Source: Trichormus sp. ATA11-4-KO1
Lineage (GTDB): Bacteria; Cyanobacteriota; Cyanobacteriia; Cyanobacteriales; Nostocaceae
Reading direction: 5' to 3'
NCBI GenBank assembly: GCA_019358915.1
Contig: JAHHIM010000009.1
Span: 32,001-96,000, forward strand
DNA: 64,000 nt
Part shown: in pieces, positions 61,193 to 64,000 of the stretch
How positions within the stretch are numbered: the first letter of the stretch is position 1
Layout of the letters: the number at the start of each line of letters is the position of its first letter
Program-made: the position numbers and the translations under genes
Notes under the pieces: model-generated
Databases searched by the model: none
What the model was told of the DNA's origin: nothing
Seen by the model: the letters and a program-made list of their open reading frames with translations, nothing else

Positions 61193-61885
61193 CTATATAC
61201 ATGGGATATTTTCTGACTAATCACCCTCACCAAGAGTGATGGACTAAATAGATGTGGATCACACTTCTCAGGGATGACTGGAGTCTCTAAAAGTTGTAAG
61301 TTAACTTCCAGAAAAAACTTTGGATTAACTTTACTTAGCAACGCCAGTTACTACCGTGCGGGAAGACGTAGAAGCGTCTACAGCATTCAGCACTTTCAAC
61401 TTAGGTTGTTGAGCAAGCGTTTGTTGTCAATGAAAATACACAACTTAATTGATGATTTGCATATGCATATCTCTCCCGATATAGATATTTGGATTTCACA
61501 CCTTGATAAGATACTTAAACTAACTTAAAGTATTGTCGCATTCTAAATCATTATAATTCCTCAAGGTTCTAAAGCGAATCTTTGGGCCCATAATTGTTTT
61601 AGTTATCACGATCAAAAAGGAGTTTCCACACCAATAGGATACTGACAAGAATATTTCCCCCAGTTCAAAGTGGCAAAAGGAAGCACTGCTACTTGGAAGA
61701 GGAGTAAATCCCAGCAACCGTGTCTCTTGAGAACCAATCTCATTGTTTTAATGGCGTTGAAGCTGTAACAAGAATTGCTTAAATGAGTCTTCTTAAAGGA
61801 GATTGCTTCAGGCGCAAACACTATTTGCCGAAGAGCCGATGGTGAAGCCGCAGGCTTCCACAAGAAGAATGACCCCCAAAGCCTT

Positions 61886-64000
61886 ATGTCAATGCTACAG
61901 TACCCGCTTTATGACTTTCTAGCAACCGTACCCAACTGCGTAGAAACAAGTACTCTGGCAATGGTGCTAGAGATTTTTGAGCAAGAGCAGTGCGATCGCT
62001 TGGTAATAGTGAATCAGCAGCAATGCCCCTTAGGATTGCTGCACTCTGCCCGGTTAACACAAAAATTATTGGCAGCATCTGGTGACGAGCAAGTTTTAAA
62101 TTTGCAGCAGCCATTATTAACCTGGGATCAAACCATTATTGAGCCACTAAATACATTACCAGCAACCTATGGTTTAGAGCAATTTAAGCTATTTTTGCGG
62201 CACCAACAAATCCCAACAAACAATAGCGGGGATTGGGCATTGATTGATGTCGATGGCAAATTTTTGGGGCTGCTGAACAGCGCACGTCTGTTAGGGTTAT
62301 TGGCTAAGGAAAAATTGGCAGTCAGTAGAGTGGGAAATAAATATGCAGCCAAGAAAATCTCCCCCAGTCATGCAGACAGACCTGGTAAAAGAGCGAAAAC
62401 TCATTGGCGAACTGACAAGCCAGCGCTGGGGCGATCGCGCCGCGTCAATCAACGTCAGCCACTGGTGCAGCTATTGGAACTACTGCCTTGGCCTTTGATG
62501 CTGCAAACTGGAACGGGTGAGGTAGTGGCACAAAATCCGGCTTGGTGGCAGCAATTGGGAGCATTTAAAGATCCAGAAGCAGTCAGGCAACAGGTAGAGG
62601 CAATATTAGCCCCCGTCCGCGTTCAACAACCAGAATATGCTGGATCAGGAGAACATACCTTATCTGTCAGGAACGAAGCGCCACCGCAAAAAAGCTTGTT
62701 CCCTTTATCGTCAGTATCTACACCACTGATTGATCACCAGCACCAGCAGTCGGCAACTACAATCACTAAATTCAGTCGCTGCTTTTTGGATAGTCAAATG
62801 GGTACTTGTACTTGTGTCGTAGAAGTGCAAAATGGTCAAGAGCGCATCTGGCAGTTTGCCAAAATCCCATTAGATAGTCCTGAGTCAGAAGTTATACTCA
62901 GTAAGGAGTTGACTCACGATTCAGAACTGGAAAGTGACTTATGGTTAGTATTAGCTACCGACGTCACCGAGCAACAGCAGATTTGTAAAGAACTAGCCGC
63001 GAAGAATGCTGATCTTATTCAACTAAATCGTTTAAAAGACGAGTTTTTAGCTTGTATTAGTCATGAACTCAAGACCCCGCTCACTGCCGTTTTGGGATTA
63101 TCGCGGTTGCTCGTGGATCAGCAGTTGGGAGAACTTAACGAACGTCAAGCCCGTTATGCGGGACTGATTCATCAAAGTGGCAGACATCTGATGAGTGTGG
63201 TCAATGACATTTTGGATTTGACCCGCATGGAGACCGGACAGATGGATTTGGCCTTCGTCCCAGTGAAAATTCGTGCCGTGTGCGATCGCGCCCTCACAGA
63301 AGCCAAAGCTATTCACACTCAAACCACCAAAGCGACAACCAGCCAATCTCCACCAGCAAATTCTTTACCTGAATTTACCATCTCCATTGAACCAGGCTTA
63401 GACCAGATTGTCGCAGATGAATTGCGCTTACGTCAGATGCTGGTACACCTACTTTCTAACGCCTTTAAGTTCACCGAAAACTCTGGGGAAATTGGTTTGC
63501 GGGTGAGCCGTTGGGAAGGCTGGATTGCGTTTACAATCTGGGACACAGGCATTGGCATTCCCGAACATCAACAACATTTAATTTTCCAAAAATTCCAACA
63601 ATTGGAAAATCCCCTGACTCGCCAGTTTGAAGGTACTGGTCTGGGGCTAGTCTTAACTAGGGCTTTAGCTCGCCTCCACGGAGGTGATGTCAGCTTTTTG
63701 TCTCGTGAAGGTAAAGGTAGCCAGTTTACATTACTTCTACCACCCAGCCCACCCACAACAGGTTTCACCGAGCCAGGTGTGGAAGAAGAAATCCCCATGA
63801 CTGAGACACAAGGAGTTACAACCTCAGCACGTCAGCGCGTCACCGCTACTGCCCAACATCATCCCACTAGTTCACAACGGTTAGTGCTAGTAGTCGAAGC
63901 AGTAGCTAGATATATTGAAGATTTGACCGAGCAACTTAAAGGTTTAGGTTATCGGGTGGTAATTGCTCGCTCAGGCACAGAGGCGGTAGAAAAAGCCCGG
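61886..64000 (+). CDS. CBS-domain hybrid histidine kinase, partial (runs off the window)
   Basis: Not in ORF track because it has no stop; hand translation MSMLQYPLYDFL...CDRLVIVN (CBS-like), in frame with ISHELKTPL, NAFKFT, GTGLGL and the start of a receiver-like domain. Confidence 0.85.
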   Translation, partial: MSMLQYPLYDFLATVPNCVETSTLAMVLEIFEQEQCDRLVIVNQQQCPLGLLHSARLTQKLLAASGDEQVLNLQQPLLTWDQTIIEPLNTLPATYGLEQFKLFLRHQQIPTNNSGDWALIDVDGKFLGLLNSARLLGLLAKEKLAVSRVGNKYAAKKISPSHADRPGKRAKTHWRTDKPALGRSRRVNQRQPLVQLLELLPWPLMLQTGTGEVVAQNPAWWQQLGAFKDPEAVRQQVEAILAPVRVQQPEYAGSGEHTLSVRNEAPPQKSLFPLSSVSTPLIDHQHQQSATTITKFSRCFLDSQMGTCTCVVEVQNGQERIWQFAKIPLDSPESEVILSKELTHDSELESDLWLVLATDVTEQQQICKELAAKNADLIQLNRLKDEFLACISHELKTPLTAVLGLSRLLVDQQLGELNERQARYAGLIHQSGRHLMSVVNDILDLTRMETGQMDLAFVPVKIRAVCDRALTEAKAIHTQTTKATTSQSPPANSLPEFTISIEPGLDQIVADELRLRQMLVHLLSNAFKFTENSGEIGLRVSRWEGWIAFTIWDTGIGIPEHQQHLIFQKFQQLENPLTRQFEGTGLGLVLTRALARLHGGDVSFLSREGKGSQFTLLLPPSPPTTGFTEPGVEEEIPMTETQGVTTSARQRVTATAQHHPTSSQRLVLVVEAVARYIEDLTEQLKGLGYRVVIARSGTEAVEKAR

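Noticed and set aside
61144..61863. Short ORFs in the kaiA-kinase spacer
   Set aside because: No motifs or clear RBS; one overlaps a small dispersed repeat near 61354-61390

Overview
Chromosomal window from a filamentous, most likely heterocyst-forming cyanobacterium (Nostocales). Evidence: frequent HIP1 GCGATCGC octamers, heptamer STRR tracts, a short Nostoc-type KaiA and kaiABC-tolC(hgdD) synteny. Most of it is core genome: bioU, pilBTC, grpE-dnaK-dnaJ-tusA-like-rsgA, GH57, rsmG, surE, ndhCKJ, rubA-ycf48-psbEFLJ, gor-prx/perR, a light-sensing two-component trio, ycf51, tolC, kaiABC and a partial CBS-domain hybrid kinase. The accessory parts are a toxin-antitoxin/PIN/IS1 patch at the left end, a small AT-rich glycosyltransferase-methyltransferase-2OG oxygenase island, and a complete kinase-containing lasso-type RiPP cluster (37016-43114). 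That cluster is the best candidate for a new system. Its precursor has a textbook leader but a core that breaks lasso rules: it starts with Gln, its first acidic residue is at position 11, it is 37 aa long, it carries a KxxGxxD motif and it ends in Ser. Other signals include MITEs with inverted ends flanking and inside that cluster, micro-insertions that split HIP1 sites, a pseudoknot-like structured insert upstream of dnaJ, a candidate three-hairpin sRNA near ycf51, and clear HLR1 and Per-box-like operators. Product names come from motif recognition only; no database searches were run.
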